Source of the DNA: an uncultured Gammaproteobacteria bacterium
GTDB lineage: Bacteria > Pseudomonadota > Gammaproteobacteria > JACCXJ01
Assembly: GCA_963764725.1 (NCBI GenBank)
Contig: CAVXTM010000016.1
Coordinates: 1 to 64,000, forward strand
Direction: 5' to 3'
DNA length: 64,000 nt
The notes below the pieces were generated by a model. That model searched no databases and had not been told where the DNA came from. It saw nothing but the letters and a program-made list of their open reading frames with translations. Positions 1-9,082 of the stretch are shown in pieces (positions within the stretch are counted from its first letter, which is position 1; every line of letters begins with the position of its first letter). Position numbers and translations under genes: made by a program.

Positions 1-75
1 TGAACACCGCCACACCCTTCAGGAACTTAATTAACCTGCCGGAAGGCGGGGATTTCAGTATTGTCTCTGCCCACC

Positions 76-2082
76 ATGAACGCACCTTTCACCCACGACG
101 TCTTCCTGAGCCACAGCTCGAAGGACAAGGCGGTCGTGCGCGCCGTCGCGGAGCGGTTGCGGACGGACGGGCTGCGCGTGTGGTTCGATGATTGGGTGCT
201 CAAGCCCGGCGACAGCATCCCGGCGAAGATCGAGGAAGGGCTGGAGCACTCGCGCGTGCTCGTGCTCTGCATGTCGGCGAATGCGTTCGGCTCGGACTGG
301 GCGCAGTTGGAGGCCGGCACGTTCCGGTTTCGCGACCCGCTGAACAAGGAGCGCCGCTTCATTCCCCTGCGGCTCGACGACGCCCCCATCAAAGGCTCCC
401 TGGCGCAATTCCTTTACATCAACTGGCTGCCGGAGGACCGCGAGCAGGAGTATGCGAAGCTCCTCGAAGCCTGCCGACCGCCAGCGAAGCCGCCGGTGGC
501 GGAGGCAGGGGCCTGCGTCGCGAGCAGGTTGCAGAAAAGGCCATCCAGCTCGACACCAAGGCGGCGATCTTGCCTACGCATTCAGTCCAGATGGAAAGCG
601 CGCGCTTACTGGCGGCCGAAGACAAGACCGTGCGGCTGTGGGACGTGGAGACGGGGCGCTGCCTGCGCGTGCTCGAAGGCCACACGCAACGAGTCCGGAG
701 CGTGGCGTGGAGCGCCGATCAACGCCGCGCGCTCTCCGGCTCCGAGGACAAGACCGTGCGGCTGTGGGACGTGGAGACCGGGCGCTGCCTGCGCGTGCTC
801 GAAGGCCACACCGGTACGCGGTCTAGGAGCGTGGCGTGGAGCGCCGATCAACGCCGCGCCCTCTCCGGCTCCGATGACCAGACCGTGCGGCTGTGGGACG
901 TGGAGACGGGGCGCTGCCTGCGCGTGCTCGAAGGCCACCACGGCGGCGTCAGGAACGTGGCGTGGAGCGCCGATCGGACGCCGCGCCTTCTCCGGCGACG
1001 ACGATGGCGGCATCCGGGTGTGGGATCTGTCGGAATTTGTCACCGAGGCGCGAGCACCGGAAGCCACCGCGCCAGCCTTGCCGCTCGCGCCGGACCAGGT
1101 CCAATACACGAACGCCAAAGTCCTCCTCGTCGGCGAGAGCGGCGCGGGCAAGACCGGGCTTTCCAAGCGGCTGGCTTTGAACGACTGGAAACCCAGCGAC
1201 TCGACGGTCGGCGCGTGGGCGACGCAGTGGAAGCTGCCCGTGTCTTCCGGCGACGGCGTCGAGCGGGAAATCTGGCTCTGGGATTTCGGCGGCCAGGCGG
1301 ACCAGCGGTTGATCCACCAGCTCTACATGGACGAAACCGCGCTGGCGGTGCTGGTCTTCGACGGCCAGAAGGAAGACCTCTTCGAGACGCTGGGCCAGTG
1401 GGACCGCGATCTCACCCGCGCCTCGCGCAAGGCGTTCGCCAAGCTGCTGGTCGCCGGGCGCGTGGATGCCGGCGGCCTGCGCGTCAGCCGGAGCCAGATC
1501 GAAACCTTCGCGAAGGAACGCGGCTACCTGCAATTTCTGGAAACCAGCGCCAAGACCAACCTCGGCTGCGAGGAACTCAAGCAGGCCATCCTCGACGGCA
1601 TCCGCTGGGAGGACATCCCGTGGCGCTCCTCGCCGCTGCTCTTCAAGCGGCTCAAGGAGGAGATCATCCGCCTCAAGGACGAAGGCCGGGTGCTGATGCG
1701 CTTCAACGAACTGCGCGAGACGCTGCAACTGCGCCTGTCCGGCGAAGTCGCGCACTTCACCGACGAGGAACTGAAGGCGGTGGTGAGCCTGCTGGCCGGT
1801 CCCGGCGTGGTGTGGGAGCTGAAGTTCGGCAGTTGGGTGCTGCTCCAGCCGGAGCGCATCAACGCCTACGCCCAGGCCGTGATCCAGACGATGCGCGCGG
1901 ATGAACACGAACGCGGCTGCCTGCCGGAGGAGCGGGTCTTGAACGGCGACCTGACGTATCATCGTCCTCGATGGAGCGCCTCGACGCCGACGAGGAGCGC
2001 TTCGTCCTGCTGGCCATGCACCAGACGCTGGTCGAGCGCGGCCTCTGCCTGCGCGAGCACACGGACAAGGGCACGCTGCTGA
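76..2082 (+). CDS. ORF piece carrying the TIR domain (5' end) and the Roc GTPase/COR-N region (3' end); its middle part is out of frame
   Basis: ORF 61..2082 with ATG at 76. TIR motifs and KVLLVGESGAGKTGL, WLWDFGGQ and FLETSAKT (Roc G1/G3/G5). Confidence 0.6.
   Translation: MNAPFTHDVFLSHSSKDKAVVRAVAERLRTDGLRVWFDDWVLKPGDSIPAKIEEGLEHSRVLVLCMSANAFGSDWAQLEAGTFRFRDPLNKERRFIPLRLDDAPIKGSLAQFLYINWLPEDREQEYAKLLEACRPPAKPPVAEAGACVASRLQKRPSSSTPRRRSCLRIQSRWKARAYWRPKTRPCGCGTWRRGAACACSKATRNESGAWRGAPINAARSPAPRTRPCGCGTWRPGAACACSKATPVRGLGAWRGAPINAAPSPAPMTRPCGCGTWRRGAACACSKATTAASGTWRGAPIGRRAFSGDDDGGIRVWDLSEFVTEARAPEATAPALPLAPDQVQYTNAKVLLVGESGAGKTGLSKRLALNDWKPSDSTVGAWATQWKLPVSSGDGVEREIWLWDFGGQADQRLIHQLYMDETALAVLVFDGQKEDLFETLGQWDRDLTRASRKAFAKLLVAGRVDAGGLRVSRSQIETFAKERGYLQFLETSAKTNLGCEELKQAILDGIRWEDIPWRSSPLLFKRLKEEIIRLKDEGRVLMRFNELRETLQLRLSGEVAHFTDEELKAVVSLLAGPGVVWELKFGSWVLLQPERINAYAQAVIQTMRADEHERGCLPEERVLNGDLTYHRPRWSASTPTRSASSCWPCTRRWSSAASACASTRTRARC
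620..1030 (+). repeat. Near-identical 126-129 bp tandem repeats encoding WD40 blades
   Basis: GACCGTGCGGCTGTGGGACGTGGAGAC starts at 626, 752 and 881; unit translates DKTVRLWDVETGRCLRVLEGH...VAWSAD. Confidence 0.92.
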
Positions 2083-3110
2083 TCTTCCCCAGCTACTACC
2101 GCCGCGAACGCCCGGAGCTGGTCGGGCATCCGGCGGTGCTGGTGAGCTATCGCTTCAACGGCTTTCTCGACGACATCTACGCCACGCTGGTGGTGCGGCT
2201 GCATCACACCGAGCCGTTCGAGCAGGATCAGCTCTGGCGCTACGCCGCCGATTTCAAGACGCTCACCGGCAAACAACTCGGCGTGAAGCTGACCCGCCGG
2301 GCGGAAGGCGCGGGCGAGCTGGAGGTGTATTTCGATCCGGCGATCGCGGTCGAGGAAAAGATCATCTTCAGCAAATACGTCCACGAGCACCTGCTGCAGA
2401 AGGCGCCGGGACGTGGTGCGGCTGCGCCATTACGTCTGCCCGCACTGCGGCACGCCGGTGGGCAATCGCGAGGTGGCGATGAACGGCTGAACGATGGCTG
2501 CAAGCCGGCAACGGAGCCGGGTCAAGCCGAGCAAGGAGATCCGACGATCATCTGCGTGAACTGCGAGAAGCGCGTGCCGCTGTGGGACGAACTGGAGCAG
2601 CTCTTCGCCAGCCCGGAGATGCAGCAGCGGGTGCGCGAACTGCAGGAGCAGTCCGCCATCGTGCTCGACAACGAGAGCAAGGAGCGCGCGCTGGTCGGCG
2701 AGGTGATCTCCACGGTGGCGCTCGCGGGTCAGATCAGCCGGGAGTTCAACGTGAGCGACCACGGCATCGACATGGAGATCGAGTTCAAGGACGACGACGG
2801 CGAGGCGACCGGGCGGAAGCTCTACCTGCAACTGAAGTCGGGCGACTCCTACCTGCGCGAGCGGAAGAGCGACGGCGCGGAAATCTTCACGATCAAGGAC
2901 GAGCGCCACGCCCGCTACTGGATGGCGCAGGCGTTTCCCGTGCTGCTGGTGATCCGGAACTCAGAGGGCGAGGTCCGCTGGATGGAAGTGCGCGACTGGC
3001 TGAAACGCGCGAGCGACAACGGCAAGAAACCCGTGAAGCAGATCGTCTTCGAGGGCGAGCGCTTCGACGTGATGAGCGTGCGCCGCTGGCGGGACAAGGC
3101 GCTGGCGTAA
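1971..3110 (+). CDS. ORF piece carrying COR-C and the C-terminal DUF4365-like PD-(D/E)XK nuclease domain
   Basis: SDHGIDMEIEF...KLYLQLKSG...YW...PVLLV...WM pattern typical of DUF4365. Confidence 0.65.
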   Translation: MERLDADEERFVLLAMHQTLVERGLCLREHTDKGTLLIFPSYYRRERPELVGHPAVLVSYRFNGFLDDIYATLVVRLHHTEPFEQDQLWRYAADFKTLTGKQLGVKLTRRAEGAGELEVYFDPAIAVEEKIIFSKYVHEHLLQKAPGRGAAAPLRLPALRHAGGQSRGGDERLNDGCKPATEPGQAEQGDPTIICVNCEKRVPLWDELEQLFASPEMQQRVRELQEQSAIVLDNESKERALVGEVISTVALAGQISREFNVSDHGIDMEIEFKDDDGEATGRKLYLQLKSGDSYLRERKSDGAEIFTIKDERHARYWMAQAFPVLLVIRNSEGEVRWMEVRDWLKRASDNGKKPVKQIVFEGERFDVMSVRRWRDKALA

Positions 3111-3152
3111 ACCAAAAAAAAACTAAAAAAAAGGGGGACGGATCGCTCTATG

Positions 3153-3294
3153 GGCACTTCTAACTAAAATTGCGACGGATACCTTCTCCCCTTTAGGGAG
3201 AAGGCTAGGATGAGGGGAATAAAAATCATCGAGTTACATCCCCTCACCCTAGCTCTCTCCCGGTCCGGTGGGAGAGGGGATTTTTAGAAATGCC
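3153..3294. repeat. Small palindromic MITE/REP-like element with imperfect terminal inverted repeats
   Basis: GGCACTTCTAA (3153-3163) vs TTAGAAATGCC (3284-3294). Internal hairpins CCTTCTCCC-5nt-GGGAGAAGG and CTCTCTCCC-8nt-GGGAGAGGG, linked by the inverted pair CTAGGATGAGGGG / CCCCTCACCCTAG. Confidence 0.65.
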
Positions 3295-3473
3295 TTTTCG
3301 AGTATTACGCGCCCACCGTTGGGGGCGGGGGCGGAATGGCTATGCGCCGTAGCCAAATAAGTGCCCGACGACACATTCGTCCACGGCGTATCTAACGGAC
3401 AAACTCAAAGCAGAGAAACAGTATGGCCGCGGTGATCCGCACTTCGTTCCGCAAGGCACCGATCGAAGCACCG

Positions 3474-5072
3474 CTACATCGGCCGGCGCAGCACGGTGGG
3501 TGAGGGCGGGCGGGACGCATCGGGAAGCGGATAGTCCAGGGTGTAGTGAAGGCCGCGGCTCTCCTTGCGCCGCAGGGCAGATTCGATGATAAGCTCTGCG
3601 ACCTGCACGAGATTACGCAGCTCGATGAGATCTACGGTGACACGAAAGTTACCGTAATATTCGACGATTTCATCGCGCAAGAGTTGCACCCGGCGGCTGG
3701 CCCGCTGCAAGCGCTTTGTGGAGCGCACGATGCCGACATAGTCCCACATAAAGCGGCGCAATTCGTCCCAATTATGGGCCACGACGACCTCCTCGTCGGA
3801 GTCCGTCACTTGCGTTTCATCCCAATCGGGGACCGATGGCACGCGCGGCGCGCCCGCCAGTTGCGTGCGGATGTCCATAGAGGCGGCGCGCGCCATGACG
3901 AGGCATTCCAACAAGGAATTGCTGGCCATGCGGTTGGCCCCGTGCAGGCCCGTGTAAGCGACTTCGCCGATGGCATAAAGCGCCGGAACCGCGCTACGCC
4001 CGTAGCGATCGGTAACTACCCCGCCGCACATATAGTGTGCAGCGGGCACGACGGGGATCGGCTCGCGGGTCATGTCGATGCCGTACTCAAGGCAGCGGGC
4101 GGCGATAGTGGGAAAGTGGCCGAGAATAAACTCCGCCGGTTTATGCGAGATGTCGAGGTAGACAAAATCGACGCCCAAGCGTTTCATCTCGTGATCGATC
4201 GCGCGCGCAACGATGTCGCGGGGCGCGAGCTCCGCGCGCGCATCGAAACGGTCCATGAAAGCCGAGCCGTCGGGCAGCAGGAGTTTCCCACCCTCGCCAC
4301 GGACAGCCTCGGTAATGAGAAAGGACTTCGCCCGAGGATGATAAAGGCAGGTAGGGTGGAACTGAAAAAACTCCATGCTGGCGATGGGACAACCGGCGCG
4401 CCAGGCCATCGCCACGCCGTCGCCAGTCGCGACATCGGGATTGCTCGTATATAGGTAGACCTTGCCGGCCCCGCCGGTAGCGAGAATCACGAAGCGGGCT
4501 TCAAAGGTGAGTACCCGGCGCGCGTCCGTATCCAAGACGTACGCGCCTAGGCAGCGCTCCGCGCCGAGACCGAACTTGGCCGCGGTTATGAGGTCGATCG
4601 CCAGGTGGTGCTCGAACACATCAATGGAGGGATGAGCACGGACCCGGTCTTCAAGGATGTTTTCAATGGCGCGTCCGGTGGCGTCCGCTGCATGGATAAT
4701 GCGCCGGTGGCTATGCCCCCCTTCGCGGGTCAGGTGATATTCTATGCCCCCTACCTTTGGTTCGGCGCGCGTGAACGCGACACCTTGTTCGATAAGCCAC
4801 TGCACGCTTTCACGTCCGCGTTCGACGACGTAGCGTACCGCCTCGAGATCGCAAAGGCCGGCGCCGGCGGTCAAGGTATCCTGCACATGGGACTCGATCG
4901 AGTCACAGCTATCGAGCACCGCTGAGATCCCCCCTTGCGCGTAGAGTGTCGCGCCTTCCTGTAACGGGCCCTTCGACAGGAGGGCGACCCGCGCGCCTTT
5001 CGCGAGCTGAAGCGCGACACTTAATCCGGAAGCACCGCTGCCGATGACGAGGACATCGTACTGGTGCGTCAT
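3474..5072 (-). CDS. nadB: L-aspartate oxidase
   Basis: GSGASG FAD motif, [35 protein letters not shown]; divergent from rpoE as usual. Confidence 0.97.
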   Translation of the reverse strand: MTHQYDVLVIGSGASGLSVALQLAKGARVALLSKGPLQEGATLYAQGGISAVLDSCDSIESHVQDTLTAGAGLCDLEAVRYVVERGRESVQWLIEQGVAFTRAEPKVGGIEYHLTREGGHSHRRIIHAADATGRAIENILEDRVRAHPSIDVFEHHLAIDLITAAKFGLGAERCLGAYVLDTDARRVLTFEARFVILATGGAGKVYLYTSNPDVATGDGVAMAWRAGCPIASMEFFQFHPTCLYHPRAKSFLITEAVRGEGGKLLLPDGSAFMDRFDARAELAPRDIVARAIDHEMKRLGVDFVYLDISHKPAEFILGHFPTIAARCLEYGIDMTREPIPVVPAAHYMCGGVVTDRYGRSAVPALYAIGEVAYTGLHGANRMASNSLLECLVMARAASMDIRTQLAGAPRVPSVPDWDETQVTDSDEEVVVAHNWDELRRFMWDYVGIVRSTKRLQRASRRVQLLRDEIVEYYGNFRVTVDLIELRNLVQVAELIIESALRRKESRGLHYTLDYPLPDASRPPSPTVLRRPM

Positions 5073-5160
5073 AGCGCGATAGAGGCAGAACGGTTCAAAG
5101 ATTCAGATGCCATTAAATCGGTATATAATGCGCCCCGCCAATCTCATGGCGTCGCGCTGC

Positions 5161-5187
5161 GAACTTGATAAGGGTCATACGGTCTAT
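5161..5187 (+). promoter_or_regulatory. Sigma-E (RpoE/AlgU) autoregulatory promoter
   Basis: GAACTT-N16-TCTAT about 45 bp upstream of the rpoE ATG, matching the RpoE/AlgU consensus. A sigma70-like TATAAT also lies at 5124-5129. Confidence 0.75.
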
Positions 5188-5232
5188 CTAGCAGTACAGT
5201 GCGCCGCTCAATAATACAAGGAGAATGCCCCG

Positions 5233-5808
5233 ATGGGCGAGACCGGCGCCGATGCACAGCTTGTCAAGAGGGTTCAGAAGGGCGACAAAAAAGCGTTTGA
5301 TCTACTCGTGTTGAAATACCAGCAGAGGATCATTAAATTGGTGTCCCGATATGTACGTGATCCCACCGACACCTTGGATGTTGCTCAGGATGCATTTCTA
5401 AAGGCCTACCGCGCCCTGCCAAACTTCCGCGGCGATAGCGCCTTCTATACATGGCTATACCGCATAGCTATCAATACGGCGAAAAATTATCTCGTAACCC
5501 AGTCCCGGCGCCCAATGGAATCCGAAAGTTTTCGCGTCGAAGGAGAGCAAGTCGAACTGGAATCGATGCTTAAGGATCTCGCGACGCCTGAAAGTCTCTT
5601 GATTACCGATGAGATCAAGGAGGCCATCGCCGAGGCCATCGAACAGTTACCCGATGACCTTCGCACCGCCATTAATCTTCGTGAGGTCGAGGGTTTGAGC
5701 TATGAGGAAATCGCCGATGTAATGACTTGCCCGATTGGAACGGTCCGATCGCGGATATTCCGGGCTAGGGAAGCGATCGACCATCGGTTAAAAGCGTTAT
5801 TGGAGTGA
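5233..5808 (+). CDS. rpoE: RNA polymerase sigma factor RpoE
   Basis: LVKRVQKGDKKAFDLLVLKYQ, FRGDSAFYTWLYRIAINTAKN, CPIGTVRSRIFRAREAID. Confidence 0.98.
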   Translation: MGETGADAQLVKRVQKGDKKAFDLLVLKYQQRIIKLVSRYVRDPTDTLDVAQDAFLKAYRALPNFRGDSAFYTWLYRIAINTAKNYLVTQSRRPMESESFRVEGEQVELESMLKDLATPESLLITDEIKEAIAEAIEQLPDDLRTAINLREVEGLSYEEIADVMTCPIGTVRSRIFRAREAIDHRLKALLE

Positions 5809-5817
5809 CGAAAAGCT

Positions 5818-6357
5818 ATGAGAAGTGAACGGCGAGAACAGATATCCGCACTTTTGGACGGTGAACTATCAGAGCGCGAGGCCGGTCCGTTATTGATTGA
5901 AATGCGGACCGATCCGGAGTTGAGATCGGCTTGGTCGCGCTATCACTTGATGAGTGACGCGTTATGCCAGCGCCTGCCGGATACGGCGTGTCCGGATATA
6001 TCCAGGAGGGTGTCCTTGGCGCTGGAGCAGGAGCCCGCCTGTCTGCCGATGCGCTGGAGGTTGGAGTCGCGATGGAAGCCGGCCGCGGGGCTCGCCATAG
6101 CGGCTGCTCTCGCGGGAGTCGGGTTCTTCGGTCTTAACCGTAATCAATTACCGGAGCAAGTGCCACAGGTGAGCACTATCGGATCCGCTGAATTTCATCC
6201 CCTGCCCATAGCCACGGTTAAGTGGAACGGTCAACCGGTTGATGCATCGTCGCGCCTGAGCGCGTATATAGTCAATCATCAACAATTCAATTCTAGCCCG
6301 CAGACGCAAGGCTTAACGCCTTACTTCCGGGTGGTTACCCATGAAACCCAGCCGTGA
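5818..6357 (+). CDS. rseA: Anti-sigma-E factor RseA/MucA
   Basis: EQISALLDGEL...WSRYHLMSD, TM segment, YIVNH; follows rpoE. Confidence 0.9.
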   Translation: MRSERREQISALLDGELSEREAGPLLIEMRTDPELRSAWSRYHLMSDALCQRLPDTACPDISRRVSLALEQEPACLPMRWRLESRWKPAAGLAIAAALAGVGFFGLNRNQLPEQVPQVSTIGSAEFHPLPIATVKWNGQPVDASSRLSAYIVNHQQFNSSPQTQGLTPYFRVVTHETQP

Positions 6358-7336
6358 AATCGGGGCGTTCCGCCGGCTGACTCCGTGTTTTTTGATCCTC
6401 ACCCTATCCGCGCCGCCGGTTTCCGCTGCCGACACCTCCAACCAAGCCCGTGCCATCCTTGCCAAGATGGCCCATGCGACCCGTGCCAACAACTATGACG
6501 GGACCTTCGTGTCGATCCGCGGCGCTGACGCCGCGAGTATGCGTATCATTCATAGAACCGATAGCCGCGGAGAACATGAACGTCTGATTGCGCTTACTGG
6601 CACGGCCAAAGAAGTGATCCGCCGCAATGACGAGGTGATCTGTATCTTTCCAAATGAGCGCAGCGTCATGGTCGACAAAACCTCGCAACAGGCATTCTTT
6701 GGGACAGCGTGGAGGCAGCCGATCGAGCAGGTCGCTGCGCTCTACGATTTTTCCGTCCTCGGCGGAGATCGAATCGCGGGCAGGCCGACATGGGTCTTGG
6801 GCATACAACCCAAGGACACCGATCGGTATAGCTACCGCCTCTGGATTGACACAAGCTCCAGCTTGTTGTTGAAGTCACAGGTGCTGGACGGTGGCGGCAG
6901 CATCCTCGAGCAAATGCTGTTTACAGCGTTGGAGACACCCGCGGTGATTTCAGAGAGCGCGCTGCAGGCATCGATTAGCGGGGAGGGCTATACTTGGTAT
7001 CGGAACGAAACACCCCGAGCGTCCAGTGAGCGGAATTCGGGATGGAAGGTAGGATGGTTGCCGCGTGGTTTCGCGATGACCGAGCAGGAGATGCATGACA
7101 TGCCCAAAGACAAGAAAGCGGTAAAGCACAAGGTGTTTTCGGACGGCTTGGCGACGGTCTCGGTATTTATCGAGAAAAATGAGAAGCAGGCGGTCCCGGT
7201 GCAGGGATATTCCGCGTTTGGTGCATTGAATACTTACAGTACCTTGGCGGACGGACATCAAATCACCGTTGTCGGCGAGGTGCCGGCGGCGACGGTGCGG
7301 CAGATAGCCACCTCCGTAAGCCCGGTTGCCCCCTAA
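6341..7336 (+). CDS. rseB: Sigma-E regulator RseB/MucB
   Basis: Signal peptide, NYDGTFV, WLPRGF, FSDGLATVSVFIE, ITVVGEVP. Confidence 0.93.
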   Translation: MKPSREIGAFRRLTPCFLILTLSAPPVSAADTSNQARAILAKMAHATRANNYDGTFVSIRGADAASMRIIHRTDSRGEHERLIALTGTAKEVIRRNDEVICIFPNERSVMVDKTSQQAFFGTAWRQPIEQVAALYDFSVLGGDRIAGRPTWVLGIQPKDTDRYSYRLWIDTSSSLLLKSQVLDGGGSILEQMLFTALETPAVISESALQASISGEGYTWYRNETPRASSERNSGWKVGWLPRGFAMTEQEMHDMPKDKKAVKHKVFSDGLATVSVFIEKNEKQAVPVQGYSAFGALNTYSTLADGHQITVVGEVPAATVRQIATSVSPVAP

Positions 7337-7439
7337 GCGGCCCGTGGAAGTCACGGCCGACCCTCGTCACGCTTTGTTCGAGTTATAAAAGGTTGCATTG
7401 GAAAAATCTTACCCCTTGTGGAAGGGAGGCAAAGTCACG

Positions 7440-8876
7440 ATGGGACTAATACACTCTTTTTCTAAAGCGCTCTTGGCGCTCGCGGCGCTATTCAGCATGC
7501 AGACAGCCGTTGGCAACTCGCTGCCGGACTTTACCGATCTTGCCTCGGAGAACGCCCCGGCCGTGGTAAATATCGGGACGACACTGAAAGAATCCGAAAA
7601 ACGCGCCGATGGTGCACCCCCTCAGCTCCAAATACCTGATATTCCCGAAGACAGCCCGTTAAATGAGTTCTTTCGCCGCTTTTTTGGCGATAATATCGAG
7701 GGACCTGAGCTCTCTCCACGATCATCATTGGGGTCCGGCTTTATCCTCTCCAAGGACGGCTACGTGATCTCCAACTATCACGTCGTCAAGGATGCGGATG
7801 AGATTTGGGTGCGTCTGAGCGATCGGCGCGAATTTCTGGCCAAGCCGATTGGTCACGACGAGCGCAGCGATTTGGCAGTATTGAAAATTGAAGCCACCGA
7901 TTTGCCGACTGTTACGCTCGGCCGTTCCTCGGATCTTAAGGTCGGAGAATGGGTTTTAGCCATCGGCTCACCGTTCGGGTTCGATCACTCTGTGACGGCG
8001 GGGATCGTGAGCGCGAAGGGGCGGGCGTTGCCGAATGAAAACTACGTCCCCTTTATTCAAACAGATGTCGCGATCAACCCGGGAAACTCGGGCGGTCCGC
8101 TGTTTAATCTGGACGGGGAGGTCGTTGGTGTGAATTCGCAGATTTACAGCCGGACTGGCGGTTTTATGGGATTGTCGTTTGCGATCCCGGTCGAAGTCGT
8201 GATGAATGTGTATCACCAGATCGTCGCCAAGGGCAAGGTGTCGCGAGGCTGGTTAGGCGTGCTGATTCAGGAGGTCACTCGAGAGCTTGCGGAATCCTTC
8301 GGAATGGCTCGCCCGCATGGGGCTTTGGTCGCCAAGGTGCTTCCGGACAGCCCGGCCGCCGAAGCCGGGATTCAGCCCGGCGACGTGGTGGTCGAATTTA
8401 ACGGTATCGAGATCGATCTGTCCTCGGATTTACCGCCGCTCGTCGGTAACACGGAGGTTGGCAAACGGGCCCCTTTAAAGCTTATTCGTGAGGGCGAACC
8501 GAAAGTGGTGGAAATTGCCGTCGGGGAGCTTCCGCAAGAAGAAGAGCTGAAGCTGGCGTCCTCGGATCGAGGTACGGCGGAGGCGATCACGGATAATCGC
8601 TTGAAGATTGCGGTGAAAGATCTTTCCGGCAAGCAACGTAAAGCGCTCGAAATCGAAGGCGATCACGGGGTGGTTGTGGAAGCGGTGAAACCGGGACCGG
8701 CGAAAAGCGCCGGGATCCGTAAGGGCGACGCCATATTGCTAATCGACAACGTGAAGGTCAAGGACAGCAAGCATTTCACCGAAATAGTGGCGACCTTGCC
8801 CGCGGGGAAGCCCATACCGGCCCTTATTCAACGCCAAGGCGGTCCGATTTTTCTGGCGATCAAAATCGCCGAGTAG
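7440..8876 (+). CDS. degP: Do/DegQ-family periplasmic serine protease (MucD-like) with 2 PDZ domains
   Basis: LPDF, GSGFI, NYHVV, SDLAVLKI, INPGNSGGPL; ATG 7440 preceded by GGAGG. Confidence 0.9.
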   Translation: MGLIHSFSKALLALAALFSMQTAVGNSLPDFTDLASENAPAVVNIGTTLKESEKRADGAPPQLQIPDIPEDSPLNEFFRRFFGDNIEGPELSPRSSLGSGFILSKDGYVISNYHVVKDADEIWVRLSDRREFLAKPIGHDERSDLAVLKIEATDLPTVTLGRSSDLKVGEWVLAIGSPFGFDHSVTAGIVSAKGRALPNENYVPFIQTDVAINPGNSGGPLFNLDGEVVGVNSQIYSRTGGFMGLSFAIPVEVVMNVYHQIVAKGKVSRGWLGVLIQEVTRELAESFGMARPHGALVAKVLPDSPAAEAGIQPGDVVVEFNGIEIDLSSDLPPLVGNTEVGKRAPLKLIREGEPKVVEIAVGELPQEEELKLASSDRGTAEAITDNRLKIAVKDLSGKQRKALEIEGDHGVVVEAVKPGPAKSAGIRKGDAILLIDNVKVKDSKHFTEIVATLPAGKPIPALIQRQGGPIFLAIKIAE

Positions 8877-8941
8877 GGGGTTCAGCGTGGAATTCCGCTG
8901 CGGTATGAGGTGTTCAGGCGCCGGTCGCAATCGACTAGAAT

Positions 8942-8966
8942 GACGGCCTGCGAACGTCAGGCCGTC
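8942..8966 (+). terminator. Hairpin between degP and lepA
   Basis: GACGGCCTG-7nt-CAGGCCGTC perfect 9-bp stem; no U tract. Confidence 0.3.
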
Positions 8967-9082
8967 CCCATTGCGAAGTCGAATCCCCGTATAATTCTCG
9001 TGCTGGCCAATATAAGCGTGCGTGGCGTGAACGGCCGGGCTTTCGCCTGCCCTGTGGTGTAGAGCCAGCGAGCGCGAGCGCC

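Larger units (their letters stand above)
76..3110 (+). pseudogene. Frameshifted TIR-WD40-Roc/COR-Zn ribbon-DUF4365-like multidomain gene (about 1000 aa when reconstructed); true pseudogene or sequencing errors
   Basis: Read across frames: TIR (HDVFLSHSSKDK...SDWAQLE), WD40 repeats, Roc P-loop GESGAGKT (~1132) and WDFGGQ (~1280), COR region, CPHC/CVNC pair, and DHGIDMEIEF...LYLQLKSG nuclease motif. About 7 frame switches near 510, 570, 616, 977, 1965, 2406 and 2483. Confidence 0.8.

Noticed and set aside
620-1000. Regular repeats as a possible CRISPR array
   Set aside because: Period is 126-129 bp, in-frame and WD40-coding; no unique spacers and no cas genes.
192-1904. 570-aa ORF as an independent gene
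   Set aside because: Only short stretches (mainly the WD40 part, ~619-977) look like real coding sequence of the frameshifted ROCO gene; the rest is off-frame GC-rich read-through.
76-3110. Programmed ribosomal frameshifting in the ROCO gene
   Set aside because: Too many shifts, in both directions, and no slippery heptamers seen at the sites.
3546-4454. Long antisense ORFs (also 949-1962, 42531-43478, 53855-54673, 58628-59365)
   Set aside because: Shadows of well-supported genes on the opposite strand in GC-rich DNA; no recognisable motifs.
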